This document shows, piece by piece, positions 61,601-64,000 of a DNA stretch of 64,000 bases (the stretch's first letter is position 1; every line of letters begins with the position of its first letter). The DNA is taken from assembly GCA_023438065.1 (NCBI GenBank), contig JAEXRH010000014.1, positions 22,959-86,958 on the forward strand. The letters are read 5' to 3'. The notes below the pieces were generated by a model. That model saw only the letters and a program-made list of their open reading frames with translations, was not told the DNA's origin and searched no databases. A program made the translations under genes and the position numbers. The DNA comes from Spirochaetota bacterium (lineage in GTDB: Bacteria > Spirochaetota > Spirochaetia > Treponematales > Treponemataceae).

Positions 61601-62417
61601 GCGATTTGCCAGAAACCTTGAAAAACGCAAAGTTGTCCACAGTTTATCCACATTTATTTCTAAACACTGGCACATCGCGCGGCTGAGCGTGGCTTTTTGG
61701 TATTACGACGCCATGAACCGGGTGCTTACCGCGACGGTTGCGCAGTACTACGAAACGAGCGAACAGTACATCCGACATCACGCGGGGGATGGTTTCAGGG
61801 TTAACAGTTTTTATTATCAGGCGTTCAATTCCTGGCATGGAATCGCCGCCCCGTATCTTTCGCGTGCGAAAGCCATCGAAACCGGTCGTATTCCCGCGGC
61901 ATTGCCTTCTTATAAATATGAGGAAGCCCTCATCCGGGGGGATATGTCTCTGCTGGAAGACGCGATCGGGTCGCTAGACCCCGAATGGGAACGCCAATTC
62001 CTGTCCAAAGCCCTTGCTGAGCGCCTTTCAGGCTTTCCCTGGCTTGAAAAGGAGAAAAGCAACGCCTTTTCGTCACGCCTGTACGCTATCCATCCGGCCG
62101 CGTTCATTAAACACGACTTGCGCCTTCCGGTCAGCTTCACGACCGGCGAAATCCGGACAAGGCGCGATAAACGCATTACGCGTAAAATCGAACGGCTTTT
62201 TCGCCGATCGGGATTTGAGCAAGACCCGAAGGCACCCTTCACCATCAACCTCAGCATGAGCGATACGACGCTCACCGCATCTCTTGTCGATAAAAACAAC
62301 AACAGAACAATTTATTCACAGGTTATCAACATTTCCACAGACTCTCCACCGGATTTGTACGGTTTTATTAACAAGTTTTCCACAAAAGCTTTTCAGTCCG
62401 ACATCGGATTACCGTAA
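58584..62417 (+). CDS. Transglutaminase-like membrane protein fused in frame to a signal-peptide-like segment, TPR repeats and an unassigned C-terminal region of about 480 aa (1277 aa)
   Basis: Polytopic N-terminus. Cys-His-Asp transglutaminase core (KGYCTYFAFSL, HAWVEVFFPRYGWISFDPT). A second hydrophobic segment SWLMILFLALTLRSPSAQE at about aa 684-702 contains an in-frame ATG at 60642. TPR repeats follow at about aa 715-960. Overlaps the DUF58 gene by 17 nt. Confidence 0.85.
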   Translation: MFRRFDPAQGLRTLSFLILFVVPGLYIKEILPLWVLPLAVALSIAAAYALDGIRLRTIPAVMCSLAGTGLLFVALYVIARAIRNNSVSAAFLRVSLAYWIPVVSCALTVAATLAWRRNPVWKKLEPLALIAAFAVLFWSQGRHSITVFPHPLYLASLASAMIGVTLARMTLTREERHRGWAALAGFAPFLALVIFFIMAAFNALSVTNNGGLIQPTLFRFDFSPYLSLQNEIKLNDKLVLIVRTAEENSTTLLRRIYLAGWNPEKGFFEDDPPGEPRQITQVPGRPQSVPHDAFELRSPAEQEYFIVNFDPSSLIAMDYPVAITPYRIWDSTAFNGAYAVTSETIGFIPFELFDCPAPTGNPDEGMTRKTLDYYTAIDPKTAALVGAIARRHIENVPGYYDKIQALNSYLRDGEFRYSLKPGVAPDGNQLRYFLEDTKKGYCTYFAFSLCLMLRSVGIPARIAAGFFLKPDSGALDYYPVRANMAHAWVEVFFPRYGWISFDPTSNELAEGENLEIDMNPGGDEFLNLLSEIIDRRNELTAENRATASQGSLASLMKAVYSFVSRHSRPGILALVCILLAIPGLRRLYRHLVMTRSANARKAVLFAAREMYRALARSGLKRERGESRTAFTRRLNDPAVSELFSLEQRARYAPELPASAREQALVLLRTVKRHYRKRKTLSARSWLMILFLALTLRSPSAQEVNAAEETLLAQANTAIKAENWESAITLLTNGIRSFPKNPFFHYTLGNLYTDQRLYAAARKELLAARELDYPDIELYSRLSEVSSLLNLDEEALSFITEFLAERPEDLVAWSNYGWLCYKTNRLDEGIKKLHETLATYGPDGNLYVGLGNLYTAAFDYPNAKKYYTLAIENAERLNQLYPASIHYYNRSILEETFYHFDDAYRDTVRSLEATPRSSGYLMQGELELRRHSFKAAFEQYMKAFTIDSTPLASMGLADTLMQAGYPSEAAQYMDAIERKKDLSWISNYGTTPDQYRADIFKTRMEISRFARNLEKRKVVHSLSTFISKHWHIARLSVAFWYYDAMNRVLTATVAQYYETSEQYIRHHAGDGFRVNSFYYQAFNSWHGIAAPYLSRAKAIETGRIPAALPSYKYEEALIRGDMSLLEDAIGSLDPEWERQFLSKALAERLSGFPWLEKEKSNAFSSRLYAIHPAAFIKHDLRLPVSFTTGEIRTRRDKRITRKIERLFRRSGFEQDPKAPFTINLSMSDTTLTASLVDKNNNRTIYSQVINISTDSPPDLYGFINKFSTKAFQSDIGLP

Positions 62418-62442
62418 CCTTTCAAGCCGTTTAGGTAAGCAT

Positions 62443-62476
62443 AAAAAAAAGCGCGTACCTTGAGTACGCGCTTTTT
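62443..62476. terminator. Bidirectional intrinsic terminator (A8, 8-bp stem, T5)
   Basis: GCGCGTAC (62451-62458) pairs with GTACGCGC (62464-62471). It is flanked by A8 (62443-62450) and T5 (62472-62476). It sits between the convergent transglutaminase and PPIase genes. Confidence 0.8.
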
Positions 62477-62511
62477 CTGAATCTCGCCACAATCGGCGTC
62501 TTCGTGAATCC

Positions 62512-63597
62512 TTACTTGGCCGCTAGCAGCTCGAGGTCAAACGCGATATAGGCATTCCCCGGAATCGCTCCCGGAACCCCGGCCGCGCCATAGGCGAGTT
62601 CGGGAGGAATCACGATAGTTCGGCGTTCGCCGACCGTCATGTCGAGAGCCTGCGAATCGAAACCCGGAATGAGCTGGCCGCGACCGACCTGGAACTCAAG
62701 CGGGGCGTGCATGTCGGAATCGTCGAAAACTGTTCCGTTGAGGAGATAGCCCTTGTATTTCATCGTCAGGGTCTGTCCGACAGAGACTCCGGCGCCCGTA
62801 CCGGGCTTGCTCACGACGTAATAGACGCCGGACTCGGCCTTCGTGGCGTTCGGCCACTTTTTGACGATGGTATCGAGGGTATCCTTCCGCGCGGACTCCT
62901 GAGCGTTCTTCTGCCGGTCTGTATTGCCCGCGACGTACTTGTTGAACGCCTCCTGCGTCGCGGAAAAGGATTTCGCCTCGCCGCCCTGCCTGACGATACG
63001 CACGGAGACGATTTTATCTCCGCCCGCGATCGCGTTCACGACGTCCTGGCCCTCGATGACGCGCCCGAACACGGTATGCTTCCCGTCGAGCCACGGGGTC
63101 GCGACGTGGGTTATGAAAAACTGGCACCCGTTCGTCCCGGGGCCTGAGTTCGCCATGGAAAGGACGCCGGGACCGTCATGCCTGAGAGAGGGGTCGAATT
63201 CGTCGGGGAACCGATAGCCGGGATTTCCCGTCCCGTTCCCCGCGGGATCCCCGCCCTGGATCATGAAATCCTTGATGACGCGATGAAAGGTAAGGCCGTC
63301 GTAAAAGGGCTTTCCTTTCGCCGCGTCAAGGGTTCCCTCGGCGAGCCCGACGAAATTGCAGACGGTCATCGGGGTTTTCCTGAAATAGAGCTCGAGGACG
63401 ATAGTCCCCTTGCTCGTCTCCATGATCGCGTACAGTCCGTCCTTGTCAATCGCGGACACCGTGCTTTTTTCGTCCATCTTTGAATCCCCTCCTGTTCCGG
63501 CGGGCGCGCCGCCTATCAATATGGCAGCGGCCGTTGCGCTCCCGACAATCACCAATAAAACCGCCACGATCAGCAGAATTTTCACCTTTTTCGTCAT
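62512..63597 (-). CDS. Dual-family peptidyl-prolyl cis-trans isomerase: N-terminal anchor, cyclophilin-type domain, then FKBP-type domain (361 aa)
   Basis: Cyclophilin block: [50 protein letters not shown] block: [46 protein letters not shown]. Has an N-terminal TM or signal segment. Confidence 0.92.
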   Translation of the reverse strand: MTKKVKILLIVAVLLVIVGSATAAAILIGGAPAGTGGDSKMDEKSTVSAIDKDGLYAIMETSKGTIVLELYFRKTPMTVCNFVGLAEGTLDAAKGKPFYDGLTFHRVIKDFMIQGGDPAGNGTGNPGYRFPDEFDPSLRHDGPGVLSMANSGPGTNGCQFFITHVATPWLDGKHTVFGRVIEGQDVVNAIAGGDKIVSVRIVRQGGEAKSFSATQEAFNKYVAGNTDRQKNAQESARKDTLDTIVKKWPNATKAESGVYYVVSKPGTGAGVSVGQTLTMKYKGYLLNGTVFDDSDMHAPLEFQVGRGQLIPGFDSQALDMTVGERRTIVIPPELAYGAAGVPGAIPGNAYIAFDLELLAAK

Positions 63598-64000
63598 CGT
63601 TTAAACTCCCTTGCCGCCTTGACCGCGCTATGCCATAGATCAAGGCGCTTAGCTCGATCCGATTCGTTCATACCGGGATCAAACCGGCTTTTCGCGCGCC
63701 AATTGTTCTCGATTTCCTCAAGCCCGCTCCAGAACCCGCACCGCAAACCGGCCATATACGCCGCGCCAAGGGCGGTAATCTCGGTGATTTCGGGTAACAG
63801 AACGGGAATGCCCGAAATATCCGACTGGAATTGCATGAGAAAACCGTTTGCGGTCGCGCCACCGTCCGCCTTGAGCGCCATTACCGGCGCGCCGCAGTCG
63901 GCTCCCATCGCCGCGATGAGGTCCTCCGACTGATAGGCGATGCTCTCGAGGGCCGCGCGCACGATATGGGCACGATTGACCCCGCGGGTCAACCCGACGA
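63594..64000 (-). CDS. glpK: Glycerol kinase, C-terminal part (gene continues beyond the window end)
   Basis: [51 protein letters not shown]. The stop overlaps the PPIase start (4-nt overlap). Confidence 0.9.
   Translation of the reverse strand, partial: VGLTRGVNRAHIVRAALESIAYQSEDLIAAMGADCGAPVMALKADGGATANGFLMQFQSDISGIPVLLPEITEITALGAAYMAGLRCGFWSGLEEIENNWRAKSRFDPGMNESDRAKRLDLWHSAVKAAREFKR

Noticed and set aside
1-64000. Search by eye for CRISPR arrays, tRNA/rRNA genes, IS elements, integrases, reverse transcriptases (DGR/retron), toxin-antitoxin pairs and known defence genes
   Set aside because: I found no spaced direct repeats, no tRNA-like T-arm or acceptor patterns in intergenic regions, and no transposase, integrase or RT motifs in any credible ORF. 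An eye-scan cannot exclude short or degenerate elements. tRNAscan-SE, Infernal, ISfinder and DefenseFinder would settle the question.

Overview
High-GC bacterial chromosomal segment: a hand count of one 100-nt coding sample at 25561-25660 gave 67 G+C. It is densely packed, with about 58 CDS on both strands. I saw no rRNA, tRNA, CRISPR array, transposase or integrase. Gene content points to Spirochaetota: archaeal-type PheRS alpha and beta subunits, a cyclophilin-FKBP dual PPIase, LPP20-type lipoproteins, a bactofilin plus M23 peptidase pair, and many chemotaxis and second-messenger proteins. This taxonomic call is an inference and has not been checked against any database. Recognisable housekeeping and metabolic genes include a GH52 beta-xylosidase, feoAB with a divergent DtxR/MntR-family regulator, ricT, tatD-like and dus-like genes, pheS and pheT. 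They also include a pyruvate:ferredoxin oxidoreductase (1184 aa), hcp, tcdA, a DTW-domain protein, an alanine/cation symporter, a MoxR-DUF58-transglutaminase operon, and glpK (partial at the right edge). Signalling genes are unusually dense: one MCP, three GGDEF proteins (one of them CHASE4-PAS-GGDEF-EAL), a PilZ-like protein, a HisKA_2-type kinase-like protein lacking the phospho-acceptor His, and a Cache/HAMP class III cyclase. The most interesting candidate system is the tightly coupled operon at 29.1-34.5 kb. It encodes the cyclase, a FecR-domain periplasmic repeat protein, and an outer-membrane-anchored repeat protein. This resembles FecA/FecR cell-surface signalling, but with a cyclic-nucleotide output instead of an ECF sigma factor. 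Other notable points are a roughly 1.4 kb low-GC single-gene island encoding a surface lipoprotein, a 172-nt highly structured pheS-pheT spacer closed by a 14-bp helix, and a Cys-rich sensor domain on a diguanylate cyclase. An M23-bactofilin-YaaR-RicT operon and an in-frame fusion inside the transglutaminase gene are also worth a look. Many very long ORFs in the supplied track are antisense or alternative-frame artefacts of GC-rich coding sequence and were rejected. All family assignments come from motif recognition by eye. No searches were run.
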